A DNA stretch of 56,494 nucleotides. It comes from Candidatus Nomurabacteria bacterium. Lineage in GTDB: Bacteria > Patescibacteriota > Minisyncoccia > Phycocordibacterales > UBA9973. The notes below the pieces were generated by a model. It made no database searches and was not told the origin of the DNA. It worked only from the letters and a program-made list of their open reading frames with translations. The stretch lies in contig CALRFQ010000003.1 in the NCBI GenBank assembly GCA_943356675.1, forward strand, positions 1-56,494. Reading direction: 5' to 3'. Shown here in pieces: positions 1 to 9,860 of this stretch. Position 1 is the stretch's first letter, and each line of letters begins with the position of its first letter. Made by a program: the position numbers and the translations under genes.

Positions 1-66
1 ACATATTAACACATATGTTTATACAATTAAATTTATCAAGTATAAATATGTGTTAATATATGTATT

Positions 67-720
67 ATGAATCTAGAACTAAAGGCTTCAATAAATAAAA
101 TTAAAACTAGTAAAAAAGAGTTGACACTTCAGATATTTATAGTTTTTATATTACTAATAGTACTCATTGATGCTGGTGTTATTGCTCTAAAATTTCGTAC
201 AGCAATGCTCGTCTTTCTTTCCACACTACTAGTACTCATAGTAATTAAAGAAAAGTGGACACCAAAAATGCTCGGTTTTGATTTTAAAAATATTAAAAAA
301 TATTTAATCCCCTATTTAGGTTACACAATCCTTGCAGTCTTATTCATAATATTATTTGGGGAAAATATTGGAAGAGAAGAAATTGTGAAGTGGTGGAATT
401 ACAATCATTTTATATATGGATTCCTATTAGTTTCCATGTTTCAAGAAATTGCATACCGCGGGTATTTAATTCCAGCATTAGGAAAGCTTATTAAAAGACC
501 TTTCCATATAATAATCGTAAACACATTATTATTTACATTTCTTCATAGTATATTCCCAAACCCGATCATAGGATTGCCGCTCGCATTCATAGGTGGAATT
601 GGTTTCGCATATATGTACACGAGGTACCCAAGCCTGATACTTATAATCCTTTGCCATGCAGTCATAAACTTCCTAGTGGTACTATACGGATTTTTTGCAA
701 TACCTGGAGTGACGTATTAA
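67..720 (+). CDS. CPBP (CAAX/Abi) family intramembrane glutamic endopeptidase
   Basis: Multi-TM protein with QEIAYRG (EExxxR-like), FxxxH (FTFLH) and HxxxN (CHAVIN) motifs. Confidence 0.85.
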   Translation: MNLELKASINKIKTSKKELTLQIFIVFILLIVLIDAGVIALKFRTAMLVFLSTLLVLIVIKEKWTPKMLGFDFKNIKKYLIPYLGYTILAVLFIILFGENIGREEIVKWWNYNHFIYGFLLVSMFQEIAYRGYLIPALGKLIKRPFHIIIVNTLLFTFLHSIFPNPIIGLPLAFIGGIGFAYMYTRYPSLILIILCHAVINFLVVLYGFFAIPGVTY

Positions 721-725
721 AATCT

Positions 726-874
726 GCGGAGCCAGCTGGAACACGAGTACGTTTTTCGATTCTTACAGAACCTGTACACCTTTCGCGCAATTTTGAAATT
801 TTAATTTCAAAATTGCAGACTCAAGGTCTTCGAATCCACCACATGAGCAAAGAAGTTTGCTCATTCGGTTCCGC
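726..874. repeat. tRNA-Ser 3'-end duplicate interrupted in the T-loop by a hairpin-rich insert
   Basis: 726-740 GCGGAGCCAGCTGGA equals 917-931. TTCGAA resumes at 829 after an 88-bp insert. Perfect 14-bp stem 787-800/803-816, 9-bp stem 843-851/856-864, and the ends 726-733/867-874 pair. Confidence 0.75.
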
Positions 875-877
875 GTA

Positions 878-910
878 ATAAAAATGGCCCGATAAATCGG
901 GCTCGTTTTT
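878..910. terminator. Intrinsic terminator downstream of tRNA-Ser (bidirectional-looking)
   Basis: GCCCGAT-AA-ATCGGGC stem flanked by A and T tracts. Confidence 0.7.
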
Positions 911-917
911 ATACTCG

Positions 918-1004
918 CGGAGCCAGCTGGATTCGAACCAGCGAGGGCTTTTACACCCTGCCTCTTTAGCAAAGAGGTACGTTAGACCACTCTGACATGG
1001 CTCC
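918..1004 (-). tRNA. tRNA-Ser(GCT), CCA not encoded
   Basis: Reverse complement GGAGCCA...CCTCT-TT-GCT-AA-AGAGG, long variable arm, GCTGG-TTCGAAT-CCAGC, TGGCTCC-G. Confidence 0.97.
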
Positions 1005-1041
1005 ATGTTACAGCTACACAGTAGCATATTTTAAAAATTAT

Positions 1042-1079
1042 AAAAAGAAAGGCCCCTGCTTAGCATACGCGGCAGGGGC
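1042..1079 (-). terminator. Intrinsic terminator for ORF 1102-1566
   Basis: GCCCCTGC/GCAGGGGC 8-bp stem followed on - by CTTTCTTTTT. Confidence 0.65.
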
Positions 1080-1101
1080 ACTCCATAAAATTAATGAAAA
1101 A

Positions 1102-1566
1102 TTAGATTCCTAAATGAGTTCCGTATTTTTCTTCTACGGGATCTAGGAAGGTTATGTCTCTCGTTTTCTTTTTAGAGAATTCGGCTCTATCTAAATAATC
1201 ATTTAGATAGTCGAAGTCTTGGTCCGCACAAAAAACAACACGAACGAGTTGGCTTTTACCAAACTCAAAAAAGTAATTTCCATACATCTTGTTGTCACAC
1301 CAAGCAGTACCGTTAATGGAACTTTCGTAACACTTCTTGGTTGCTCCAGTAGACTTAATAATCTCTTTTCTGATTTTAGACATACTATTAATGTCTAAAA
1401 TAGAAACAATTATAGTAGATGAGGAAGACCACTCGACGTTTCGATGTTCTTTATCTAAGAACATCAAGTCAATACCTGTCTTTGATACCTTCCTAATGAA
1501 ATCAGTGTGCATTCCTAAGAAAGTTTCGATGCTTTCTCTTAAACTAAAAATAAATCCATTCTCCAT
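1102..1566 (-). CDS. Hypothetical protein (154 aa)
   Basis: ATG-started ORF in an intergenic slot with a downstream terminator; no recognisable motif. Confidence 0.6.
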   Translation of the reverse strand: MENGFIFSLRESIETFLGMHTDFIRKVSKTGIDLMFLDKEHRNVEWSSSSTIIVSILDINSMSKIRKEIIKSTGATKKCYESSINGTAWCDNKMYGNYFFEFGKSQLVRVVFCADQDFDYLNDYLDRAEFSKKKTRDITFLDPVEEKYGTHLGI

Positions 1567-1663
1567 TTTTTATACTTTTTTTAAATTTCCTTATATCATA
1601 ACCCTTTTTGGGCATAAAGTCAAATATGAGTATTATAAAATAATATTATGATATAATTATTCT

Positions 1664-2410
1664 ATGAATACCACAGAAGAATTTGATGCATTAAAAAAAG
1701 AAAATGAAAATTTAAAAAACAGCATTGCAGTTAAGAGTGATTTGATTTCAATTTCAGCTCACCAACTCCGCACTTCCCTTTCCGCACTGAAATGGATTTT
1801 CAGAATGTTCTTAGATAAAGAAGTCGGTAGTATTACAAGTGAGCAAGACGGATTGCTCCAGAAGGCTTACCAGAGTAATGAGCGCATGATTACACTAGTA
1901 AACGATATGCTCACACTAAGTCACGTCGAGGATTCTGCCCTTAAATTTAAGATGGAAGAAGTGGATATTTTAAATCTTACAGAGGAAACACTTTTTGAAT
2001 TCTCTGGTGAAACACATAAGAAAAATATTGAAATTATTTTTATCAAACCTTCTGAGGCAATACCTCTAGTAACTTGCGATAAGGAAATGGTGCGAGTAGT
2101 ACTACAAAACCTAATTGAAAATGCTATCAAATATAGTGTAAGCGGTGATAAGGTTTTTTGCTCATTACACAATAAAGAAAATTCATTAGAAATCTCTATT
2201 AGAGACACTGGGATTGGAATACCTAAAGAGGAACAAGAAAGTATTTTCAACAAATTCTTCAGAGCTGCAAACGCAAAAGCGAAAGAAGAAATCGGCTCCG
2301 GACTTGGACTATATACAGTGAAGAACATTGTTGAGCACCACAAAGGTAAAATTTGGTTTGAAAGTAGTAGCGAGGGTACCACATTTTTCGTGGTGTTGCC
2401 TATAAAATAA
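1664..2410 (+). CDS. Cytoplasmic histidine kinase (HisKA + HATPase_c), no sensor domain
   Basis: H-box SAHQLRT, N-box NLIENAIKY, G1 DTGIGI, F-box KFFRA, G2 GSGLGL. Confidence 0.93.
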   Translation: MNTTEEFDALKKENENLKNSIAVKSDLISISAHQLRTSLSALKWIFRMFLDKEVGSITSEQDGLLQKAYQSNERMITLVNDMLTLSHVEDSALKFKMEEVDILNLTEETLFEFSGETHKKNIEIIFIKPSEAIPLVTCDKEMVRVVLQNLIENAIKYSVSGDKVFCSLHNKENSLEISIRDTGIGIPKEEQESIFNKFFRAANAKAKEEIGSGLGLYTVKNIVEHHKGKIWFESSSEGTTFFVVLPIK

Positions 2411-2430
2411 TTGCATAGTATAATCTCCTT

Positions 2431-2796
2431 ATGGCAAAAATACTTATTATAGAAGACGATACATTTTTACAAGGTTTAGAAACAGCGAAGCTCCAGAAAT
2501 ACGGGCACACAGTAGTCACAGCTTCTTCTGGTGAAGAAGGTATGGAGAAGATTAATGAACTAGGACTAGAACTAGTATTGCTCGACTTAGTACTACCTAA
2601 ATTTGATGGTTTTGAAATTCTTAAAAAAATACGAGAAACTGAGGCTATAAAGGCCCTCCCAGTGCTCGTGTTCTCAAACTTATCTGAAGATGCAGATGTG
2701 AAAAAGGCTGAATCACTAGGAGCGACAGATTTCATGGTAAAATCCAACTTCACACTAGACGAACTTGCTGAAAAAATTAAAAGTCTTATAAAATAA
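2431..2796 (+). CDS. Single-domain response regulator (receiver only)
   Basis: ILIIEDD, LLDLVLP (phospho-Asp), FSN, FMVK; 121 aa. Confidence 0.93.
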   Translation: MAKILIIEDDTFLQGLETAKLQKYGHTVVTASSGEEGMEKINELGLELVLLDLVLPKFDGFEILKKIRETEAIKALPVLVFSNLSEDADVKKAESLGATDFMVKSNFTLDELAEKIKSLIK

Positions 2797-2799
2797 TTT

Positions 2800-3180
2800 A
2801 TGAAAAACATACTTACAATCGTACTCGTTCTAGTTATCGGGTTTTTTGTAGGTTCTTATTTAAATAAAAATAATATAAATCCTCTTGCGAATCAGAATGT
2901 AAAAGGCACCATTGATAAAATGAGTGGTATGAGCGTGAAGGATACTATGGATTTTATGACTGGAGACTTAGCCACAAAAGCAGGCACAGAGTTTGACCGC
3001 GAATACTTGAAAGCTATGATACTTAACCACCAAGCGGAAATCGCAATGGCTCAGCTTGCGAGTGTAACCAGCTCACATAAAGAAGTGAAAGATATGGCAA
3101 AAGAGATCATTGCAAAGCAGAGTGCAGAATTAAAACAATTGAAAGCTTGGCAGGATGCATGGTTCCCTGCTACGAATTAA
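2800..3180 (+). CDS. DUF305 (CopM-like ferritin-fold) exported protein
   Basis: N-terminal signal/TM; FDREYLKAMILNHQAEIAMA and AKEIIAKQSAELKQLKAW match the DUF305 pattern. Confidence 0.8.
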   Translation: MKNILTIVLVLVIGFFVGSYLNKNNINPLANQNVKGTIDKMSGMSVKDTMDFMTGDLATKAGTEFDREYLKAMILNHQAEIAMAQLASVTSSHKEVKDMAKEIIAKQSAELKQLKAWQDAWFPATN

Positions 3181-3181
3181 T

Positions 3182-3370
3182 ATGCAGAAAGAAATAAGTA
3201 AAAAAGAGAAAACACAATTATACTTACTCTTAATAATATTAATTATTATTGGTGGTTTTGTACTTTACAGAAAGCCAAATACCACAAACATCAAACCAAA
3301 AATAAGTACCGCTCCAAGAGTGAAAGGCCCTACAAATCCACCTCCTTCAAATAATGAAATTAGACGATAA
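3182..3370 (+). CDS. Small single-TM protein with Pro-rich tail
   Basis: ATG follows the previous TAA by 1 nt; hydrophobic stretch LYLLLIILIIIGGFVLY. Confidence 0.6.
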   Translation: MQKEISKKEKTQLYLLLIILIIIGGFVLYRKPNTTNIKPKISTAPRVKGPTNPPPSNNEIRR

Positions 3371-5540
3371 GCTTGAGTCACAATTTAGAATAAATGAAAT
3401 ACAAAGGAATGCACTTTCGCATATCGGTGTTTTTACTGTGCGTGACCTCTTGTATTACTTCCCCGCACGTTATGGCGACATGTCAGAAATTCGTAGTATA
3501 AATACGCTCAAAGATGGAGAAGATGTAACAATCCTTGGAGTGCTTACCGATCTTAAAACTAAAAAAAGTTTCAAGAGTAAGATCCCAATGGGTGAAGCGA
3601 AAATTACAGACCTATCCGGAAGCATTCATATCGTGTGGTTCCATCAGCCTTACCTTGCAAAGATGATGAAGGAAGGAAGCACAGTAAGAGTCACAGGAAA
3701 AGTGAAAGAAAATAGCACCTATGGCCTCACTCTCACAAACCCAGAAATGACACCTGAGGACGTGCTACCTATAGATCTCCACGATTCACTTTTCTCTGGC
3801 AATGAAAAGATCTCTCAGTATGGCTACCCTATTTATCGAGAAACAAAAGGTATAACATCCAAATGGATTTACCATACAATTAAAAAGATTCTTATAGATA
3901 GTGAAATCAAAAATACTTTAGAATACATTCCGAGTGAAATATTAGAAAAATATAAATTACCCTCTCTTCTCACCGCTCTCATCTGGATTCATATGCCAGA
4001 GAAAAAGGAGCACGCAGAGATTGCTCGCAAGCGCTTCGCTTTCGAAGAAGTATTCTTCATACAGCTTGCACGCTGGCAAGAAAGGAAAGCCTATGAATCA
4101 CTCTTTTCTTACCGGCTCACAGTGCCAGAGAAGGACGTGGCAGATTTTATTTCCCGTTTCCCTTTTACACCTACAAAATCACAAACAAATACAATTGAAA
4201 CAATTCTTAAAGACGTGGAAATGGATAAGCCAATGTCGCGACTTGTGGAGGGAGATGTGGGTAGCGGAAAAACTTTCATCGCTGCTACTGTTTCTTATGC
4301 AGTTATAAAGAACAGGCCCTTTGATAAAAAGTTAAATAAAATTCAAACCTTTGGATCACTCCAAGTGGCGTATATGGCGCCGACAGAAGTGCTTGCCACG
4401 CAACTGTTTGAAAACTTCATCACATACTTCAAACACACAGGAATATCCATCGGGCTTATGACTGGCTCTGGATGCAGGAAGTTCCCAAGCAAAGTTGCAA
4501 GTAGCACTGAGGACTGGACCAACATTTCTAAATCTCAATTACTAAAATGGGTTAAGGGTGGAGAAATTCCTATCCTTATCGGTACGCACGCACTCATCTC
4601 CAAGTCCGTCGATTTCAAAGATTTAGGATTAGTCATCATCGATGAACAGCACCGCTTCGGTACAAATCAGAGAATGAAACTCGCGAAGAAGGATGGCCAT
4701 GCTCCGCACTACCTCTCAATGACGGCTACCCCTATTCCTCGTACGCTTGCTCTCACTATCTATGGTGACCTCGATTTATCCATAATTGATGAAATGCCAG
4801 CCGGTAGAAAGAAAGTAATCACAAATATAATTCCTGAGAATAAAAGACAGGTTGCTTATGATGAAATAAAGAAAGAGCTCGAGAATGGCCGCCAGCTTTA
4901 TGTGATTTGCCCACGCATCGATGAACCAGATCCTGATCAAGAGAAAGCAATCCTTGCGAAGTCTGTACTTTCTGAAGCAAAAAGATTACAGAAAGATATT
5001 TTCCCGAAATACAGAATCGGTGTAATGCATAGCAAAATGACGAAACAAAAAAAGGAAGAAGTGATGGAAGAATTTGTGAATCATGAAATAGATATTCTTG
5101 TCTCCACCTCTGTAATTGAAGTGGGTGTCTCTGTCGCAAATGCCACAATGATAATCATCGAGGGAGCTGAACGCTTCGGTCTTGCTCAGCTTCACCAGCT
5201 TCGCGGGCGCGTGATCCGCTCAAATCACCAATCATATTGCTACCTTTTCGCTGATGCCAAAAGTGAGAAGACTATTGAAAGATTGAAGGCTCTTACTAAA
5301 GCTGCAAATGGATTCGAACTTGCCGAGCTCGACCTCGCACAGCGTGGTGCCGGGCTCCTAGGTGGAGACAAACAGTGGGGCGTGACGGACCTAGGCATGG
5401 AAGCCATCAAGAACATAAAACTCGTGGAAGCCGCTCGCACAGAAGCTCACACACTTGTGGATGAAGACACTACCCTTTCCAAATACCCACTCCTATCTCA
5501 AACCCTCGCTTCCAAAAATTTCACTCTCCACTTCGAATAA
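3354..5540 (+). CDS. recG: ATP-dependent DNA helicase RecG
   Basis: Wedge/OB domain, GDVGSGKT, APTEVLA, DEQHRFG, TATPIPR, QLHQLRGRV, TRG motif. Confidence 0.96.
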   Translation: MKLDDKLESQFRINEIQRNALSHIGVFTVRDLLYYFPARYGDMSEIRSINTLKDGEDVTILGVLTDLKTKKSFKSKIPMGEAKITDLSGSIHIVWFHQPYLAKMMKEGSTVRVTGKVKENSTYGLTLTNPEMTPEDVLPIDLHDSLFSGNEKISQYGYPIYRETKGITSKWIYHTIKKILIDSEIKNTLEYIPSEILEKYKLPSLLTALIWIHMPEKKEHAEIARKRFAFEEVFFIQLARWQERKAYESLFSYRLTVPEKDVADFISRFPFTPTKSQTNTIETILKDVEMDKPMSRLVEGDVGSGKTFIAATVSYAVIKNRPFDKKLNKIQTFGSLQVAYMAPTEVLATQLFENFITYFKHTGISIGLMTGSGCRKFPSKVASSTEDWTNISKSQLLKWVKGGEIPILIGTHALISKSVDFKDLGLVIIDEQHRFGTNQRMKLAKKDGHAPHYLSMTATPIPRTLALTIYGDLDLSIIDEMPAGRKKVITNIIPENKRQVAYDEIKKELENGRQLYVICPRIDEPDPDQEKAILAKSVLSEAKRLQKDIFPKYRIGVMHSKMTKQKKEEVMEEFVNHEIDILVSTSVIEVGVSVANATMIIIEGAERFGLAQLHQLRGRVIRSNHQSYCYLFADAKSEKTIERLKALTKAANGFELAELDLAQRGAGLLGGDKQWGVTDLGMEAIKNIKLVEAARTEAHTLVDEDTTLSKYPLLSQTLASKNFTLHFE

Positions 5541-5657
5541 ACTTATCGAAGGCGTAACTTTTCTGGAGGCTTACGGAGGCGGACGCGCCGAGTACGAGAC
5601 GCTTTTTCAGTAGAAAAAGACGGCGTACTCCAAGTAAAGTTATGCCGAGATAAGTTT
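5539..5657 (+). repeat. Structured element family A, copy 1 (at the recG stop)
   Basis: Terminal stem AAACTTATC/GATAAGTTT plus GGCGTAACTTT/AAAGTTATGCC; GGCG-GACG-CGCC; CG-CTTTTTC-AGTA-GAAAAAG-A-CG. Confidence 0.85.
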
Positions 5658-5694
5658 CAATAATTATTTGACGACTATGTTATAATATAAATAT

Positions 5695-6429
5695 ATGAAT
5701 ATATTACTTGTTTTAGCTATATGCGTCTTTACTGCCACATTACTCGGAGGGCTTTTTGCTTTAAAGTTTAAAGATAAACTACACTTAATACTCGGCTTTT
5801 CAGCTGGAGCAGTTATTGGTGTCGCTTTTTTTGATTTACTACCTGAAGCACTTGAGCTTGGTAGCGTATCATATGAATCCTCTACTATCACATCGATAGT
5901 TGCACTTGGATTTATTCTTTTTATGATTCTAGACCGCTTCGTTATTATGCACAGCCATTCGCACGATGATGAGCATGAACACCATAAACATTCACCTAGA
6001 GGAATTCTCGGAGCAAGTTCCCTTTCTATACACAGTTTCCTAGACGGTGCAGCTATTGGGCTCGCATTTCAGATATCTGCTGCAGTCGGAGCTATCGTAG
6101 CAGCGGCAGTGCTCGTGCACGACTTCTCAGACGGAATAAACACAGTGAATTTAATTATGAAAAATGGTGGCGAGAAAAAAGAAGCCTTTCGTTGGCTCCT
6201 TGTGGATGCTATTGCACCAGTCCTCGGAATATTCTCGACACTATTCTTTACTGTATCTGAAGGCACCCTCGGTGTAATCCTCGCGATCTTCACTGGGTTC
6301 TTCATTTACATCGGAGCAAGTGACCTTCTACCAGAGAGCCACCACTCGCACCCTACAATGTGGACCAGCTTCGCTACAATCCTCGGCATAGCAGTACTAT
6401 ACGGAGCAATTAAAATTGCAGGAATGTAA
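5695..6429 (+). CDS. ZIP family zinc/metal transporter
   Basis: Multi-TM, His-rich loop HSHSHDDEHEHHKH, HSFLDG and HDFSDG motifs. Confidence 0.92.
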   Translation: MNILLVLAICVFTATLLGGLFALKFKDKLHLILGFSAGAVIGVAFFDLLPEALELGSVSYESSTITSIVALGFILFMILDRFVIMHSHSHDDEHEHHKHSPRGILGASSLSIHSFLDGAAIGLAFQISAAVGAIVAAAVLVHDFSDGINTVNLIMKNGGEKKEAFRWLLVDAIAPVLGIFSTLFFTVSEGTLGVILAIFTGFFIYIGASDLLPESHHSHPTMWTSFATILGIAVLYGAIKIAGM

Positions 6430-6431
6430 TT

Positions 6432-7301
6432 TTAATTAAAAACAGATTTTATATCTGCAATCATTTTCTCTGTATTACCTCTCACAAATTTAGAGTAATC
6501 TTCTTTTGAAATATTTATATCATTTGTAAAAATTATTCCACGAGATGAATGAATTATTGCGCCAAATTTATCTTCATTAAAGCATGGAAGTGTGTCCACC
6601 GCTGTGCCACCTTGTGCGCCATAGCCTGGCACGAGGAACAATGATTGTGGCATAAGTTTGCGAAGCACTTTCGCTTGCTCAGGGTATGTGGCTCCTACTA
6701 CTGCTCCGATAGATGAATAACCACTCTCGCCTACCAAATCACTCCCTAGCGTATTTACCATACTTGCCACACTCTCATACATTTCTTTATCTGTATCTTT
6801 AAGTACTTTATCTTGGAAGTCTCCAGAGCTTTTATTACTCGTCTTCACTAGGATGAAAATTCCTTTACATTTTTCTTTACAAATTTTTATGAAAGGCATT
6901 ATGCCATCACTACCCAAGTATGGAGTGACCGTCACTGCATCTCCATCAAATACCTCACCTATAAATGCATTTGCATATGCTTCAGCAGTAGAGCCTATGT
7001 CATTACTCTTCGAATCAATCACTACAAGCAATCCTTTTTCTTTAGCATATAAAATAGTATTCTTGAAAGCTTCCACCCCACATGCCCCATGCTCTATGTA
7101 GAAGGCAAACTGGATTTTAATAACTGGAATCAAATCACAAACTGAATCAATAATGATTTTATTGTATTCAAAAAGTGCATTGCTTATACTTTCTTTATTT
7201 ATGAAATTTGGAACATGGTCCAGACGCGGATCAAGACCCACCATGCATGGGTTACCCTTTTTCTTTATTTCATTTATTAGTTTATCAGCAAAATTTTGCA
7301 T
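6432..7301 (-). CDS. pyrF: Orotidine-5'-phosphate decarboxylase (subfamily 2)
   Basis: VGLDP, KIQFAFY, DSKSNDIGST, TSN, GAVVGAT, LVPGYGAQGG, SSRGI. Confidence 0.95.
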   Translation of the reverse strand: MQNFADKLINEIKKKGNPCMVGLDPRLDHVPNFINKESISNALFEYNKIIIDSVCDLIPVIKIQFAFYIEHGACGVEAFKNTILYAKEKGLLVVIDSKSNDIGSTAEAYANAFIGEVFDGDAVTVTPYLGSDGIMPFIKICKEKCKGIFILVKTSNKSSGDFQDKVLKDTDKEMYESVASMVNTLGSDLVGESGYSSIGAVVGATYPEQAKVLRKLMPQSLFLVPGYGAQGGTAVDTLPCFNEDKFGAIIHSSRGIIFTNDINISKEDYSKFVRGNTEKMIADIKSVFN

Positions 7302-7305
7302 CTAG

Positions 7306-7379
7306 TCCGTCCTCATGGATTCGAACCATGGACCCCAGAGGTATAAGCTCTGTGCTCTAACCAACTGAGCTAAGGACGG
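7306..7379 (-). tRNA. tRNA-Ile with anticodon TAT (UAU)
   Basis: Reverse complement CCGTCCT...GCTC-AGTTGGTTA-GAGC, CAGAG-CT-TAT-AC-CTCTG, CATGG-TTCGAAT-CCATG, AGGACGG-A. Confidence 0.92.
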
Positions 7380-7450
7380 AAACGCTGTTTAATTTAAACA
7401 GCAAAAATTGGTTACTACTCAATAATAGCCAAATTTAAGGAAAAAGCAAA

Positions 7451-9328
7451 CTACTCTTTGACCTTTGGCTTTATACCGTGTGCAATGATGATTTGGTTGT
7501 ATTCATCTTGCTCAAGCGTCTCTACCTCTACGAGTTTGTTTGCAATAGCATCGAGTACATTCTTATTGTCATTTAGTACCTTCTTTGCCACGGCAAAAGC
7601 ATTATTCATTATTTTTGAAACTTCACTGTCGATAAGCGCGCTCACTCTTTCTGAATAATCTTTATCATCCACACCTCGGCCAAACATTGTGCGCCCACCA
7701 TCAGACTCGAGAGCTATAGGACCTATCTCATCACTCATGCCCCAGCGTGTGACCATAGCACGAGCAAGATTCGTCGCTACTTGAAGGTCGTTTGAAGGTC
7801 CTGTAGTAATGTCGCCAAAAATCATTTCTTCTGCCACGTATCCACCGAGCGACATTGCTATGTCATCTAGGAATTCTTTCTTACTTTGTAGTCTCCTCTC
7901 TTCAAGTGGGAGCTTCAGTGTGTAACCACCAGCATTGCCGCGAGACACTATGGAAACCTTGTGCACTGGATCTGCATACGGAAGTACGGATGCTACAAGT
8001 GCATGACCTGCTTCATGATACGCAGTAATCTTTTTCTCTTGTATTGAAAGCAAGTGGCTCTTTCTCTCAGGGCCCATCATCACCTTCTCTATTGAGCGAA
8101 TAAGGTCAAACTGCTTCACTTTCTTCCTCTCCTCACGCGCAGCAAGGATTGCCGCTTCATTCATAAGTGAGTAAAGGTCAGCACCAGAGAATCCTGGAGT
8201 GCGTTCTGCTACAACTTTAATATTTACATCTTCTTCAAGTGGCTTTTTCACTGCGTGAATTTTAAGTATCTCTTCGCGGTCAGCACGGTCTGGAAGATCA
8301 AGTGTGATTCTGCGATCGAAACGTCCTGGGCGCATAAGCGCAGGGTCGAGAACATCACTTCTGTTTGTCGCTGCCATCACTATAACCTTTTCATTTGGTT
8401 CGAAGCCATCCATTTCCACAAGGATTTGGTTCAGTGTTTGCTCGCGTTCATCGTTACCTCCACCTACTCCTGTGCCACGAACACGACCCACAGCGTCTAT
8501 CTCATCGATGAATACTATAGATGGTGCTGCACGCTTGGCCATCTTAAATAAATCTCGCACGCGGCTTGCTCCCACTCCGACGAACATCTCTACGAATTCA
8601 GATCCAGATAAATGGAAGAATGGCACACCAGCCTCACCCGCTACCGCACGAGCAAGAAGAGTCTTGCCTGTTCCAGGAGCTCCAGTAAGGATTACACCTT
8701 TAGGAATACGTGCACCGATATCAAGAAACTTTTTTGGATTCTTTAAGAAGTCCACGATTTCTGCGAGTTCAATCTTCGCTTCTTTTGCACCAGCAACATC
8801 TTTGAATGTTACGCGATTATTCTTATCATTTGGATCTGTAATGCGAGCTTTTGATTGGCCGAATGTGAACGCTTGCATTGCCCCACCTTTTGCTTGCTTA
8901 AGGAACATCCAAACCACAAATATTATTAGAATCATTGGAAGTGCAAAAGGAAGAATATTCATCATCCAGTATCCAAATCCACTTTCATTTTTTATTTCCA
9001 TTGGAGTAGAAGATAACTGAGCTGGAGTCACACCATAACGAATGAGTGTATCAGAAAGTGCGCTCTCTGGCTCCTTCTTTCCCTCGCCTATTGTCTTATC
9101 CTTAAGCTCTACCTTAACCTTCTCACCTTCAACTGTAATCTTCGATACATTTCCATCCACCACATTTTTAGCAATTTCAGAAAGGCTGTACTGCTTCACT
9201 TCTGTAGCAGGATCTGAAACCAAAGAATAGACTAGTGTAATAGCCATAAAAATAAGAATAGCAGTCATTACCTGGCGGCTCATTTTCGGTGGTGTTTTTG
9301 GTGTTTGTTTGTTTGATTTTTTATCCAT
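7451..9328 (-). CDS. ftsH: ATP-dependent zinc metalloprotease FtsH (start re-placed to MDKKSNK)
   Basis: Two TMs, [17 protein letters not shown] (RPGRFDR), HEAGH; TATAAT lies between the two candidate ATGs, which favours 9328. Confidence 0.96.
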   Translation of the reverse strand: MDKKSNKQTPKTPPKMSRQVMTAILIFMAITLVYSLVSDPATEVKQYSLSEIAKNVVDGNVSKITVEGEKVKVELKDKTIGEGKKEPESALSDTLIRYGVTPAQLSSTPMEIKNESGFGYWMMNILPFALPMILIIFVVWMFLKQAKGGAMQAFTFGQSKARITDPNDKNNRVTFKDVAGAKEAKIELAEIVDFLKNPKKFLDIGARIPKGVILTGAPGTGKTLLARAVAGEAGVPFFHLSGSEFVEMFVGVGASRVRDLFKMAKRAAPSIVFIDEIDAVGRVRGTGVGGGNDEREQTLNQILVEMDGFEPNEKVIVMAATNRSDVLDPALMRPGRFDRRITLDLPDRADREEILKIHAVKKPLEEDVNIKVVAERTPGFSGADLYSLMNEAAILAAREERKKVKQFDLIRSIEKVMMGPERKSHLLSIQEKKITAYHEAGHALVASVLPYADPVHKVSIVSRGNAGGYTLKLPLEERRLQSKKEFLDDIAMSLGGYVAEEMIFGDITTGPSNDLQVATNLARAMVTRWGMSDEIGPIALESDGGRTMFGRGVDDKDYSERVSALIDSEVSKIMNNAFAVAKKVLNDNKNVLDAIANKLVEVETLEQDEYNQIIIAHGIKPKVKE

Positions 9329-9411
9329 AGTAGATGCATTATACACGAAAATAGGCATAATTAAAAACTCAATAATTTGAGAATAAAGCTTATTACTGCT
9401 ACTATAAGCTT

Positions 9412-9855
9412 ATGACGACATACGTGCAAAATAGAAAGGCACACTTTAATTTCAGTATAGAAGACACCATCGAAACTGGCATAGAACTATACGGATTTGA
9501 GGTGAAAGCTATAAAGGCAGGCAAGGGCAACCTCGCAGGCGCTTTCGGCATTGTGCGTGGTGGCGAGATATATATAGTGAATATGAATATCCCCCCTTAC
9601 CAGACAGAGAACACGCCCAAGGATTATGACCCAGATAGACCGAGGAAACTCCTACTAAATAAGAAGGAAATAGCTGAACTTGCGGACCTCGATAAAAGAG
9701 GTGGTTTGACATTAATCCCTACTTCATTGTATAGTAAGGGTCGTCGGATCAAGGTTGCACTCGCTGTCGCAAAAGGTAAAAAGCTTTTCGACAAGCGTGA
9801 GAGCATTAAGAAGCGCGACACTGATAGAGATATCAGGAGAACATTGAAAGAATAA
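9412..9855 (+). CDS. smpB: SsrA-binding protein
   Basis: NRKA, ETGIELxGxEVK, RKLLL, AKGKK, DKRE; directly upstream of tmRNA. Confidence 0.97.
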   Translation: MTTYVQNRKAHFNFSIEDTIETGIELYGFEVKAIKAGKGNLAGAFGIVRGGEIYIVNMNIPPYQTENTPKDYDPDRPRKLLLNKKEIAELADLDKRGGLTLIPTSLYSKGRRIKVALAVAKGKKLFDKRESIKKRDTDRDIRRTLKE

Positions 9856-9860
9856 TAAAT

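Noticed and set aside
726-874. A second functional or intron-containing tRNA-Ser
   Set aside because: No D arm or anticodon arm is present; only the 3' end is duplicated.
8304-9020. 238-aa + strand ORF and the many similar antisense ORFs (e.g. 21943-22344, 53723-54184)
   Set aside because: These are shadows of well-supported genes on the opposite strand and have no motifs of their own.
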